Shown piece by piece: positions 50,669 to 60,544 of a DNA stretch of 64,000 nucleotides (position 1 is its first letter; each line of letters begins with the position of its first letter). A program made the translations under genes and the position numbers. The notes under the pieces are model-generated. The model saw only the letters and a list, made by a program, of their open reading frames with translations. It searched no databases and was not told the origin of the DNA. The DNA comes from Candidatus Nanoarchaeia archaeon. GTDB lineage: Archaea; Nanobdellota; Nanobdellia; Pacearchaeales; GW2011-AR1. Location: NCBI GenBank assembly GCA_028718805.1, contig JAQUKY010000002.1, positions 1,424 through 65,423 of the forward strand, read 5' to 3'.

Positions 50669-53497
50669 CTATATCTTGGTGAACAGTATTTTCAAATCTA
50701 TACCTTTAATTTTATCCTCGTACTTGTTTTTGTAGTTTTTTTCATCCAAATTTATGGAAATCTCTTTGCTGTTTGTCCTTTCTTTAATGAAATCAAGCTG
50801 TTTTTCAATAATTTTCCTGAAATTACCGTCGACAATTAAATTAAGTTTTATTTTATCTGTTTTAATTAGCCCAGCCCTTTTTCTCGAATCCTGAACCTTT
50901 CTTGATATCTCTCTTGCATAGCCTTCTGCTTCAAGTTCAGGAGTAAGCTTTGTATCGAGCTCAACACTAATTTCTTTTGCTTTTTTTTCAACATTTATCT
51001 CGATTTTCTTTACATTTAACTGGTTGGCTATTAAATTTTGCAGTTCTTTGCCTATAGAATTGTTAGTTGTGATTTTTGCCTTTGCCAATGGCCATTTTAA
51101 TCCTATTTGGGCTTTATCTCTTGCATATAGCCCCTTTTCAATTACTCCCAATATAATTGAAAAATCCTCTTCTAATTTTTTGTTTATCAGTTTTTTGTCA
51201 TATTTAGGCCAGGAAGAAAGATGAACACTTTCTTCTTTAACAATTTTATTTTCTTTTAGCTCCTGCCAGATGTGTTCTGTTGTAAAAGGGCATATAATCG
51301 AGAACATTTTGATTATATCAAGATAATTTTCTTGGATGGCATGTAAAACTTTTCCTGGTTCTGAATTAGATTTATCTCTGGTGAACTGTATATAAACTCT
51401 CGATAAATCCAAAAACAAGTTCTCAATCTCCTTAATCATCTCATCAATCCTGTACTCTTCCATTAATTCTGTAACCTTTTTGATAGTGGAATTTTTTCTT
51501 GAGATTATATATTTTTCTTCTAAGTCAAGAGTTTTGCTTGGCTTTGCCTGCTTGTTTAAATCAAGTAATAATTTAGAAATATTATATAAAACATTCATAT
51601 TCCTCTGCTTTTGCTTGACATCTTCCCAGCTAAAATTAATATTTTCTCCTGCAGCTGTTTCACACATATAATACCTTAGAATATCTGCTCCTGCCTTGTC
51701 TATTACTTCATACGGAGATATGACATTCCCAAGAGATTTTGACATTTTTGTTCCTTGGTAGTCCAATATCATCCCATGGCAGTATACATTTTTATAGCAG
51801 GATTTTCCAAAAGCAATTGCAGAACACATCTGAAGCATGCTAAACCACAGCCTAATCTGCTCAGTTGCCTCTAAAATAAAATCAGCAGGCCAGTATTCAA
51901 AATATTTTTTATTTTTAGGATATTCTAAGCAATTCCATGAAGTTGTTCCAGAGTCAACCCATACATCAATTACATCTTTTATCCTTGTCATTTGTTTGTT
52001 GCATTTAGGGCATTTAAGCTTTACATCATCAATCCAGGGCTTATGCAGGTCAGCTGGAACTTTTCCTCCTTTTTTCCTTATCTCTTCAGAGTTTTCAATA
52101 ACTTCTACATGATTACATTCACACTGCCATATTGGAGCAGGGCATCCCCAGTACCTCTGTCTTGTAATTCCATTATCTTTTAAATTTTCTATCCATAAAT
52201 CATAGTTTTTTGAGGTAAACTTAGGCTGCCAATTAACCTTTTTATTAAAATCAATAAGTTTTGGGATTAAGTCTTCAATTTTCATAAACCATTGTTCAGT
52301 TGCCCTGAAAACAACAGGACTATGGCATCTCCAGCAGGTTGCATATTCATGAGTAACAGGAGTTTGTGCAATTAAGGAATTTTTTTTAGTTAATTCCTCA
52401 ACAAACTGCTTGTCATCTCTCTTTGCAGCTAATCCATTAAACTTGCCCATGTTCCTGAAAACTCCTTTTTCATCGATTTCATTGAATATATCTATGCCAT
52501 TTTCTCTTCCAACTTCATAATCTTCTGGCCCGCATCCAGGAGCGCAATGAACTAATCCCGTCCCAGAATCTAAATTAACATATTCTTTAGAAAGGACAAC
52601 TGTATGGATATTTTTTGATTTTTTCTTCAGGCTTTTATAGTCAATTTCATTTTCAAAAGGATGTTCATATTCCAATCCCTTAATCTCTTTTCCTTTAAAC
52701 TTCTTTAATATCTTGTATTTTCCATTGATTAATTTCATTAAATTATCAACAAGCTCTTTTGCGATAATCCATTTTTCATTTTCAATTAAAACTTCAGCAT
52801 ACTCAATATCTGGATTTGCCATAACTGCAAGGTTAAACGAAATGGTCCAAGGAGTAGTTGTCCAGATTACTAAATATCTGCCATCTTTTGTTTTGAATTT
52901 TAAGAAAATTGAATTATCTGTTAAGTTCTCATATTCAAGCTCATGTTTTGCCAGGCTTGTCTCGCAGACCCCGCACCAATGCATAATTTTCTTTCCTTTA
53001 TACAATCTTTTCTGCTCCCATGCTTTTTTTATCAGCCACCATTCTCCTTCTATAAACTCGTTTTTAATAGGCCAGTACGCATTTTCAAAATCCATCCAAA
53101 TACCCATTCTCATCAGGTCCTTATTCATTTGTTTTGCATTTTCACTTGAAAATTTAATGCATTCTTTTATGAATTTTTCAACACCATATTTTTCAATTCC
53201 TAATTTATCCTCTATCTCTAACTTTTTCTGGACAGCGTTTTCAGTAGGAAGCCCATGCATGTCATATCCTGCTCTGTCCCAGACATTGAAATTATTCATT
53301 CTTTTATATCTCAAAACAACATCTTTCATAGAATTATTCCATGCATGCCCTATATGCAGTTTTCCAGAAGTGTAAGGCGGGCCCTGAAGAAAATAAAACC
53401 TCTTGCCTTTTTTATTCTTGCTTTTAACCTTGTCATAGATCTTTTTATCTTTCCAAAACTTTAAGGTTTTTTCTTCAATCTCTTTAAAATCTAGCAT
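50669..53497 (-). CDS. ileS: isoleucyl-tRNA synthetase
   Basis: 942 aa. LQGPPYTSGKLHIGHAWN, GYDMHGLPTE, HWCGVCETSLAKHELEY and KMSKSLGN. Confidence 0.9.
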   Translation of the reverse strand: MLDFKEIEEKTLKFWKDKKIYDKVKSKNKKGKRFYFLQGPPYTSGKLHIGHAWNNSMKDVVLRYKRMNNFNVWDRAGYDMHGLPTENAVQKKLEIEDKLGIEKYGVEKFIKECIKFSSENAKQMNKDLMRMGIWMDFENAYWPIKNEFIEGEWWLIKKAWEQKRLYKGKKIMHWCGVCETSLAKHELEYENLTDNSIFLKFKTKDGRYLVIWTTTPWTISFNLAVMANPDIEYAEVLIENEKWIIAKELVDNLMKLINGKYKILKKFKGKEIKGLEYEHPFENEIDYKSLKKKSKNIHTVVLSKEYVNLDSGTGLVHCAPGCGPEDYEVGRENGIDIFNEIDEKGVFRNMGKFNGLAAKRDDKQFVEELTKKNSLIAQTPVTHEYATCWRCHSPVVFRATEQWFMKIEDLIPKLIDFNKKVNWQPKFTSKNYDLWIENLKDNGITRQRYWGCPAPIWQCECNHVEVIENSEEIRKKGGKVPADLHKPWIDDVKLKCPKCNKQMTRIKDVIDVWVDSGTTSWNCLEYPKNKKYFEYWPADFILEATEQIRLWFSMLQMCSAIAFGKSCYKNVYCHGMILDYQGTKMSKSLGNVISPYEVIDKAGADILRYYMCETAAGENINFSWEDVKQKQRNMNVLYNISKLLLDLNKQAKPSKTLDLEEKYIISRKNSTIKKVTELMEEYRIDEMIKEIENLFLDLSRVYIQFTRDKSNSEPGKVLHAIQENYLDIIKMFSIICPFTTEHIWQELKENKIVKEESVHLSSWPKYDKKLINKKLEEDFSIILGVIEKGLYARDKAQIGLKWPLAKAKITTNNSIGKELQNLIANQLNVKKIEINVEKKAKEISVELDTKLTPELEAEGYAREISRKVQDSRKRAGLIKTDKIKLNLIVDGNFRKIIEKQLDFIKERTNSKEISINLDEKNYKNKYEDKIKGIDLKILFTKI

Positions 53498-53532
53498 TTT
53501 TATATTAGTTTTCTGGCATATTTAAATTTATT

Positions 53533-53730
53533 TTAACCTCTAAAACTTGCTGCTTTTAGGTCAAGGCTATAAAATTTATGACTTTTAATGTAATGCTGGG
53601 CTTTTGGGCCCAGTTTATTATAATATTCTAATGCTTCTTTTTTCTTATTTCTCCAGACTAAATTAGAGAAATGTCTAGCTTCTTCTATTTCTTTATCTTC
53701 TTCTTTAGTTTCTACATCATCTAAACTCAT
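53533..53730 (-). CDS. small hypothetical protein
   Basis: 65-aa ORF. Confidence 0.35.
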   Translation of the reverse strand: MSLDDVETKEEDKEIEEARHFSNLVWRNKKKEALEYYNKLGPKAQHYIKSHKFYSLDLKAASFRG

Positions 53731-53877
53731 TTAAAACTCCTGCAAGCCAGAAATAAATTAGGCTTGCAATTAAATAATAATTATAATAATAGATATAATT
53801 TCAGCTATGATTGTAGAAATTGCAATTTGTGGGTTAAACTTCTTCATAGCCATGTTTTTCAAAAGAAAACTGGATTT

Positions 53878-54225
53878 TTAAAGCTTCTGAAAACAAGGTT
53901 CTTTAGAATTTTCTGTTATGTATTCAAGATTTGCATGCTCGCTTACAATCTTAATTCTTTTTTCAGCCATGAAAGCTATCATATAAAACTGTATCTCAGG
54001 TTTTGATTCAATTATTCTTGCTATTTTTTCATAACATTCTTCATTTTTATGGGGATGCGTAATAATAGAAGTGTACTTATTTAAATCATCAAGATTGTTA
54101 ACTTCACATAAACATTTTTTATTATCTTCATCAATTTTTACCCCGTGTTTATCTGCCATATCTTTGACAAGAAGCTCAGAATTTTCAAATTCTTTAGGTA
54201 AAAATAAACCTGTTCTCATAATCAA
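53878..54225 (-). CDS. hypothetical protein
   Basis: 115-aa ORF with no motif recognised. Confidence 0.4.
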   Translation of the reverse strand: MIMRTGLFLPKEFENSELLVKDMADKHGVKIDEDNKKCLCEVNNLDDLNKYTSIITHPHKNEECYEKIARIIESKPEIQFYMIAFMAEKRIKIVSEHANLEYITENSKEPCFQKL

Positions 54226-54291
54226 AATAACTCGATTATATATTTAAGGATTTATATTAATCTTTATATATCCCTCATATCCCCTAAATTA

Positions 54292-54684
54292 ATGGAAAAA
54301 ATAGAAGTAAATCCAAATGAAGTTGGTATTTGGGTGGGGTATATTAAACCACATAAAGAACCTCTGGAAAATATTATTAAAATAGAGGGTTGGAAGAATA
54401 TCCCTCCTGTGCCTATATTCAGACTTCCAGAAGGTTACAATCATAAATTTGTTTTGATAGATGGACATGCACGGCGCGATGCAGCGATTATAACTAATAG
54501 TTTATTGCCCTGTATTTTATATGCTCAAGGAGAATTAATCAATCCTGCTAAAGACGGGCTTGCATCTTTTGGGTATCAAGACAGATGTTCAGACTCTAAT
54601 TTTTATCAAAAGATTGTGGCTATGTACCTCGTTTATGAAAATGCTCCACTCATAAAAAAATCTTCTATCTTGAATACTTCTTGA
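54292..54684 (+). CDS. ParB/sulfiredoxin-fold domain protein, tentative
   Basis: 130 aa. KFVLIDGHARRDAAI resembles the ParB N-terminal DGxHR motif. Confidence 0.4.
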   Translation: MEKIEVNPNEVGIWVGYIKPHKEPLENIIKIEGWKNIPPVPIFRLPEGYNHKFVLIDGHARRDAAIITNSLLPCILYAQGELINPAKDGLASFGYQDRCSDSNFYQKIVAMYLVYENAPLIKKSSILNTS

Positions 54685-55438
54685 TAGGGATAGACTGCTT
54701 CCACATCTCATTAAACTGGTTTCTTAGCATTATAATAAGAGCTTTTGAATCTGTCCATATTGTTATGTAATTTTCAGGATTTTGGATTTCTGGCTTTCCT
54801 ATTGTCATCCTTGCATATTTTCCATCAAAAATGCTGAATCTTAAGGGATAATCTCCAAATTTTTTATTAAAAGCTTTTATCTTGCACCCAACTTTTTTCC
54901 ATTCTTTTACTCTTTCGATATTCTCATCATTAATTACTCCAATAAATTTAACATCAACTCCTCTTTTTATTGCATTCTGCATTTCTCTTAATCCTTCTCC
55001 CCACACTTTCCAGTTCCTTTGCACCCCAAGAATCTCTTTTTCAACCTGGTTGTTGGTTTCTGCTATTTTATTCATAATGGCTCTCTGTCCTTTGATTAAA
55101 GAAAAAACAGCCTGATTACCTCTCTCTTTAAGCTCCTGCATTTTTCCAGAATCCTTTTTTAATAATTTTAATTTCTCTTCTTTTTCTTTTATCTTGTCTT
55201 TTATGAATTGTTTAAGATTAATTAATTCATATTTTTTAGTTTCAGAAGGGATAACAGCTAAAATGCCCAATTTTTCGAATTTATTTAAAATAGAGTATAA
55301 TTTATTCTGGGGCACACTAGAATTTAAGCTGATTTCTTTTGGGCTTGCGGATTTTAATTTTATTAAAGAGGATAATGTTTTTGCTTCATAATCTGAAAAT
55401 CCCAAATTTTGGAAAAACTCAATCCTTTCCATAACCAC
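54665..55438 (-). CDS. TrmB-family transcriptional regulator
   Basis: FSDYEAKTLSSLIKLKSASPKEISLNSSVPQNKLYSILNKFEKLGILAVI. Confidence 0.7.
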   Translation of the reverse strand: MVMERIEFFQNLGFSDYEAKTLSSLIKLKSASPKEISLNSSVPQNKLYSILNKFEKLGILAVIPSETKKYELINLKQFIKDKIKEKEEKLKLLKKDSGKMQELKERGNQAVFSLIKGQRAIMNKIAETNNQVEKEILGVQRNWKVWGEGLREMQNAIKRGVDVKFIGVINDENIERVKEWKKVGCKIKAFNKKFGDYPLRFSIFDGKYARMTIGKPEIQNPENYITIWTDSKALIIMLRNQFNEMWKQSIPIKKYSR

Positions 55439-55468
55439 CCTGCCTTTCTCTTATTTTTAAATACTATT

Positions 55469-55483
55469 GTACTCTGAAAGTAC
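55469..55483. promoter_or_regulatory. palindrome GTACT-CTGAA-AGTAC in a divergent promoter region
   Basis: Perfect 5+5+5 inverted repeat between the trmB-family start at 55438 (minus) and start 55519 (plus). AAATACT recurs at 55459-55465. Confidence 0.4.
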
Positions 55484-55518
55484 TTAAAGTATATATAGAA
55501 TCATCAGAGATAAGGTAT

Positions 55519-56436
55519 ATGGGTGGTTACAATGACAATTACCGTTCAGATTATAGCAGAAAAGAAGCGAAAGAAAGAAAATTAAGAAAAGAAAAACTAA
55601 ACTTATTATTTCAGAATTTTAGTAAAAAGAGAGATGAATCTAGTTTGATCTTAGTATATAAAGAATTTCAAAAACAAATAGGCCACAATTTTGTAGGAGA
55701 ATTATTAAAATTAGATAATAAAAAACTAGAGAAAGATTTTCCCGGAGCTGAATATGAAATAAAGATGAGGGTTAATGCAGATTTTAATTCTGATAATCCA
55801 GATCAATTTTATTTTTTAGATTCAATTAGAGAAAAAATTAGTATCTCTAAAGGATTTTTACCAGATAATCTTGAAGCTTATCGAAGGCCATCTGAAAATT
55901 TTTATTACGGAAGGGGTAATGAAGATATTCTTGTGATAATGAGCGGAATTGAGGGATATATATTAAAAAAGAAAGGAGTTTTGGAAAATATCTCTCTTGG
56001 AATAAAAAATGATGAATTTATCTTTAAAAGAAGCGAGCATCTTAAAAGAAAGTGTTCACAAGAGGATGTTTTTAAGGCAATACAAAAAGTTACTCTTGAA
56101 GGAGCAGAGTATAAAGGAAAAATTTTAAGGAACCGTTCTAGAATCGATTATCTTTCTACAGAAACTGGAAGGCTTTATGAGGTTGTATTTGATATTTGTG
56201 ATATTATAAAGCCGAAAAATAAACCATTTAAGAAAACTCAAATTGAGGCAGAATATCTAGGCCATGTTCCAGATTTATTCAAAAAGTTTCAACAAGGTTC
56301 TGAAAGACAGATAACTTTGGAGTTGCTTGCTCTTTCAGACATACTTATGACTGTTGCTAAAAAAGTAGAAACCCATTGTGGGCGAATTAAAAGTGTTGTT
56401 CTAACAAAAGAAAGGAAATACGATTTTTTAATCTGA
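55519..56436 (+). CDS. hypothetical protein with possible CYTH (triphosphate tunnel)-like strand pattern
   Basis: 305 aa. The alternating charged beta-strand motifs AEYEIKMRV, ILKKKG, KILRNRSRIDY and TQIEAEYLG resemble ExExK ... RxR ... ExE of CYTH enzymes. Weak. Confidence 0.3.
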   Translation: MGGYNDNYRSDYSRKEAKERKLRKEKLNLLFQNFSKKRDESSLILVYKEFQKQIGHNFVGELLKLDNKKLEKDFPGAEYEIKMRVNADFNSDNPDQFYFLDSIREKISISKGFLPDNLEAYRRPSENFYYGRGNEDILVIMSGIEGYILKKKGVLENISLGIKNDEFIFKRSEHLKRKCSQEDVFKAIQKVTLEGAEYKGKILRNRSRIDYLSTETGRLYEVVFDICDIIKPKNKPFKKTQIEAEYLGHVPDLFKKFQQGSERQITLELLALSDILMTVAKKVETHCGRIKSVVLTKERKYDFLI

Positions 56437-56437
56437 A

Positions 56438-57067
56438 ATGAATACTTTAAAAAATTTAGTTTTTGTATCAGGACCGCATGGTTCTGGAAAATCTACTCTC
56501 ATAAAGAAACTTTTAGAGGAAATCCCTAATTCAATCTCGCCCGAATTAAAAACAAGAACACCTCAATTTTATTGGGGAGGAGATGAAAATTATCTTAAGA
56601 TCAATTTCTTTCATAGGCAGGCATTAAAATACGCACAAAGAGCATTTGAGAGCTATGAATATCTTATATCTGCAATGAGAAAAAAAGATAAATGGGTAAT
56701 AGGAGATCGGTGTATTTATGATGCAAAGGCATATAGAAAAACCGGGATTGAAATGGGTTGGCTTACTATAGAGCAAGATGGAGTTATAGAACAAAACTTA
56801 AGTATTCTTAATTTAGAGGAATTAAAAGAACCATATTGTATAGTGCTTAATCCTGGTTTTGAAACTTGTAAAAATCATCTAGAAAAAAGATGGAAAGAGA
56901 CGGGTTGGATAAAATTTATGGAGGGGGATATGGTTTATTTAGAATCTGTATGCAGAAATTTTGAAATTTTTAAAAATCAAGATAAAATATTTTATCTAGA
57001 TAGAATTCCCGAAAATAATGAGATTATTCCAATAAAACTCTGGCTAGATTCAATTAGAAACCGTTAG
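56438..57067 (+). CDS. P-loop nucleoside/nucleotide kinase-like protein
   Basis: VFVSGPHGSGKSTLIKKLL is Walker A. GDRCIYDAKAY resembles the dNK-family DR motif. Starts 1 nt after the upstream stop. Confidence 0.55.
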   Translation: MNTLKNLVFVSGPHGSGKSTLIKKLLEEIPNSISPELKTRTPQFYWGGDENYLKINFFHRQALKYAQRAFESYEYLISAMRKKDKWVIGDRCIYDAKAYRKTGIEMGWLTIEQDGVIEQNLSILNLEELKEPYCIVLNPGFETCKNHLEKRWKETGWIKFMEGDMVYLESVCRNFEIFKNQDKIFYLDRIPENNEIIPIKLWLDSIRNR

Positions 57068-57119
57068 AAATTAATTTTTCTCCTTTTTTTAATTAAGCAT
57101 GCTCAATTTCTTTTAATAT

Positions 57120-57650
57120 TCAATAGTCCAAAAAATAAATATGAGCCTTGCTCATTTTCCTGTAGAAATCATACTCAGGCTTTTTTTGATTTGCATCTTT
57201 GAATATCTTATTAAGACCTTCCCAGAAAAAGAACCAACCTGCAGGTTCAGTTATAATAAATAAAAGATTAAATAAGAATCCAGGTAATTTATATAAAAAA
57301 GTTGCAGCAATCATTATGACCGCCCCAAGAAAAAACCAGATTAGCCCATCTCTTTTAATTTCTTTAATTTCTGTTTCTTTTTCTTTAAAATGTTTCTGAA
57401 AGTGATTTCTAAGTCTTTTTCTTATTTCATATTCATCACTAGTGTTTCTGTTGTGTTTTGGAATTAAAAACCTTAATTCCAGTTCCTTATTCTTATCAAC
57501 AGAAGCTTTCTTGCATTCCAATAAAAAGTCATCTGATAATGCCCTGACATTATAGGGTCGCGGATCAAAGTCTGAGAATATGTCATCATAAGAGTCTAAA
57601 ATTAATCCTATATTCCCTTTTCTTAAATTAACCTCTTTTTTCTGCTTCAT
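57120..57650 (-). CDS. hypothetical membrane protein (2-3 C-terminal helices)
   Basis: 176-aa ORF. Confidence 0.45.
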   Translation of the reverse strand: MKQKKEVNLRKGNIGLILDSYDDIFSDFDPRPYNVRALSDDFLLECKKASVDKNKELELRFLIPKHNRNTSDEYEIRKRLRNHFQKHFKEKETEIKEIKRDGLIWFFLGAVIMIAATFLYKLPGFLFNLLFIITEPAGWFFFWEGLNKIFKDANQKKPEYDFYRKMSKAHIYFLDY

Positions 57651-57680
57651 ATATTAAGATAATGAATATAGTTTATAAGT

Positions 57681-58307
57681 TTATTTATTTTTTCTTCTCC
57701 TTTTCCACTCAACAACCTTTCCTATTTTTCTTTCAATCTTATCAGCTTTTCTCAGGTTTTTAATTTGTTTTTTTGTTAAAATTGAAAAATGCTTGACTTT
57801 ATCTAAATAAGTATCAATATACCATAAATCTTTTTCAGAAATTGTCCATTTTTTTTTGTCAAAAATTGATAAATCAACAGGAACAGAATAGCTTCTTAAT
57901 GCCTTTCTGCCTTTATTATTAAAATATTCATGGAAAAAACTCATAACCAGTTCTCTTATGTCTTTGTATATAGGTTCTCTATATCTTAAAACTCCATGAT
58001 TTGTCTTTGTTATTGCGCCCCATTTTCCATCTTCTTGAAAAACAGCAATAACATGGTCATAATCATCTTTGCTTGCTTTTAAATGAACAATTAAAGGTTT
58101 TCTTCCTTGCATTTGCAGAGCTAGCGCAGCAAAAATAGCACCTTCAATGCAATGGCATTTCCATTTTCTTAAAACCTCTCTAGGAGACAGGCATGTATCT
58201 TTGTTATAATCAAAATTAATGGGAATTTTATTTAAAAAATCCTGAATTTTTGCAGGAGTATTTAACTTTTTTAATATTTCTTCCTCTTTTTTTGTTAAGT
58301 TGAACAT
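57681..58307 (-). CDS. hypothetical protein, possible papain/transglutaminase-like Cys-His fold
   Basis: KWKCHCIEGAIFAALAL then DYDHVIAVFQEDGKWGAI. I prefer the ATG at 58307 (MFNLTKKEEE), which avoids a 53-nt overlap with dph5. Confidence 0.3.
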   Translation of the reverse strand: MFNLTKKEEEILKKLNTPAKIQDFLNKIPINFDYNKDTCLSPREVLRKWKCHCIEGAIFAALALQMQGRKPLIVHLKASKDDYDHVIAVFQEDGKWGAITKTNHGVLRYREPIYKDIRELVMSFFHEYFNNKGRKALRSYSVPVDLSIFDKKKWTISEKDLWYIDTYLDKVKHFSILTKKQIKNLRKADKIERKIGKVVEWKRRRKNK

Positions 58308-58335
58308 TTTTTTAGTAATAGTTAAACAATTTACA

Positions 58336-59058
58336 CTATGTTTGAGGAGATTTTCTTTTCTCAAACCTCTCCAACGCATCCTGTTCAAGGAAATGCATTT
58401 CTCCTGGGATGATGAAACAAAAGGGTTTTTCTATTTTTTTCCTTCTTAAATTATAAATTGTATCATAATATATCTGGGAATTTTCTGTTCCGAGCTGGGA
58501 ACATACAATAATTTTGTCTAATTTAACATTGTTCTTGGCAGCTTTATCCAGATAAAAAAAAGCATCTTCAGAACTTAGCCCTATATCAATCAGGATTAAG
58601 GAATGTGCGTTGATTGACTGATTCTCTTTTACATATTTTAAAAAGTCTGTTTCATACTTGTCATCAAAGGCAGGCAGGCTTGTTGTTTTGCCGAATTTGT
58701 ATAATTGCAGGCCTGTTTCTGCAATTGCATCAAAAACAGATGCAGCATAGATTACTTTCACTTTGACTTTTTGTTTTTCTGCGTCTAAAATTAATCCCAT
58801 ATGAGTTGTTGCAAACAAAGGACTTCCGTAAACCAGCAATGCAATGTTTCTTCCTTTTGCTTCATCTATCAATCTGTTGGACTCAACTTCTCCTCTTTTA
58901 AGCGGAAAAATTCTCTTGCTTAATTTTAAGTCAATCAGTTCATAAGGAAAATTAACAGTATAATTTTCCAAGTAAATTTTCTTGCATTTTTCAATGGTAA
59001 GAAGCCCTTCTTTGCTAATTCCTCTATTGTTTAACCCTAAACCAATTATGAATAACAT
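58336..59058 (-). CDS. dph5: diphthine synthase
   Basis: MLFIIGLGLNNRGISKEGLLTIEKCKKIYLENYT is the tetrapyrrole-methylase-fold Dph5 N-terminus. Confidence 0.85.
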   Translation of the reverse strand: MLFIIGLGLNNRGISKEGLLTIEKCKKIYLENYTVNFPYELIDLKLSKRIFPLKRGEVESNRLIDEAKGRNIALLVYGSPLFATTHMGLILDAEKQKVKVKVIYAASVFDAIAETGLQLYKFGKTTSLPAFDDKYETDFLKYVKENQSINAHSLILIDIGLSSEDAFFYLDKAAKNNVKLDKIIVCSQLGTENSQIYYDTIYNLRRKKIEKPFCFIIPGEMHFLEQDALERFEKRKSPQT

Positions 59059-59154
59059 AAGAATAATAGAAATAACTAACTTTTAATCTTTTCTAAAATC
59101 ACTAATATCGATAATCTTATAAAAAATTTAAGATGCAACTGAGAGAGATTAAGC

Positions 59155-60408
59155 TTATGATGATTGACCATTATTCTCTGCGTATTTTGATATCACAGAA
59201 ATAGATTGCTTCATGTTAATATGAACAACTTTCGCAGGAGGATAACCATTAAAATTTGTTGCAGATGCATTTGTATATGCTCCCATATTTTCTGCATAAA
59301 CCATGTCTCCGTCACTTAATTTTGGCAGGAATATCCTTGAAGTGTTATGAATATATTCATTTTCTGAAAGTGTATCAAGCCCATCACAGGTTGGTCCGAA
59401 AACATAACATTCTGATTTTTCTCCTTCTTTAAATGATTCCAGGTTAATAGGAGCATGATCATAGATCATTGAAGAGAAGTCATGATAAACTCCTGTATTA
59501 AGATGATAACAGATAGGCTTTTTAGAATGCTTTGCAAGTATTATGCTTGCAACTTCTGTCCCTGCATTTCCAACTAAAAACCTTCCTGGCTCTGCTAAAA
59601 CATCTACTTTGTCAATTGGAAACAATCTGTCTAACTCTTTGTTTATTGTTTTTGCAAGGCCTGTAAATGACTGTTCATTTCCATTGTATTTTATTGGAAA
59701 TCCTCCGCCTATGTCAAGTATTTTCACAGGGTATCCTCTTGTTACAGATTCACCTATGGTGATTCCTCTTAAATCAGCTTCTTTGAATATATATGCAGCA
59801 GATTTAAGAGCTTTTACAAAATTTTGAGGATCATTGCACTGGCTTCCTGCATGAAAACTTACTCCTTCAACTGTTAATCCGGAATTTATTGTTTTTTCAA
59901 TTAAATCAACAGCTTCCTTAGGTTCAATCCCGAATTTATTTGAGAATTTAACAACAGAACCCTCGTCAGATACCTTAAGCCTCAGAAGAACCCCTGCTTC
60001 AGGGCAATGCTTTGTTATTTTTTCCATTTCTTCTATGCTGTCATAAGTTAAAAGAGGCTTGTATTTATCGAGCACATGGAGAGAATCTGTTTCTTTTACA
60101 GGATTAGCATAGATAATATTATTCCAGATAAAATTATCCAATGTTTTTGGTGGAAGAGTTTTTATGACATCAAGAACCAGAAGGAACTCTTTAAGAGATG
60201 CGACATCAAAACTTGCTTCTTCCTTGAATAATGTTTCAATTATTTCTCTTTCTGAATTTGCCTTGACAGCGTAATAAACCTGGACTCTTGGAAGTTTTTC
60301 TGTGAATTCTTTATAGTTTCTTCTTATCTGGGCATGGTCCATCACTAAAATAGGTGTGCCCTCTTTTTGCGCTATTTTTTCTAATTTTTCAAGTTTATCT
60401 TTGTTCAT
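59155..60408 (-). CDS. PLP-dependent group IV decarboxylase, ornithine (or Lys/Orn) decarboxylase-like
   Basis: YYAVKANS, FHAGSQ, DIGGGFP, AEPGRFLV and GPTCDGLD. Confidence 0.8.
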   Translation of the reverse strand: MNKDKLEKLEKIAQKEGTPILVMDHAQIRRNYKEFTEKLPRVQVYYAVKANSEREIIETLFKEEASFDVASLKEFLLVLDVIKTLPPKTLDNFIWNNIIYANPVKETDSLHVLDKYKPLLTYDSIEEMEKITKHCPEAGVLLRLKVSDEGSVVKFSNKFGIEPKEAVDLIEKTINSGLTVEGVSFHAGSQCNDPQNFVKALKSAAYIFKEADLRGITIGESVTRGYPVKILDIGGGFPIKYNGNEQSFTGLAKTINKELDRLFPIDKVDVLAEPGRFLVGNAGTEVASIILAKHSKKPICYHLNTGVYHDFSSMIYDHAPINLESFKEGEKSECYVFGPTCDGLDTLSENEYIHNTSRIFLPKLSDGDMVYAENMGAYTNASATNFNGYPPAKVVHINMKQSISVISKYAENNGQSS

Positions 60409-60424
60409 TTTTGTATTTTTTTAT

Positions 60425-60500
60425 CAGTAATTTGTAAGACGATTTTTAAGTTGTTTATGGGTTTTTATTAAGCTTTGTTTGATAAGCTTATGCTGATTGC
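60425..60500 (+). repeat. intergenic mosaic repeat, modules A + B (subfamily 2)
   Basis: CAGTAATTTGTAAGACGATTTTTAAGTTGTTTATGGGTTTTTATTAAGCTTTG...TGCTGATTGC. Confidence 0.7.
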
Positions 60501-60544
60501 TTTTTATTATCTGGTCTTTATGTTATAAATTTGGTTTTTTAATT

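Noticed and set aside
50669-53497. Multiple plus-strand ORFs inside ileS (51024.., 51480.., 51837.., 51992.., 52713..53375 of 220 aa, 52943.., 53255..)
   Set aside because: All are antisense to a gene with unmistakable IleRS motifs. Their translations are low-complexity Phe/Ser/Ile-rich strings typical of shadow ORFs in AT-rich DNA.
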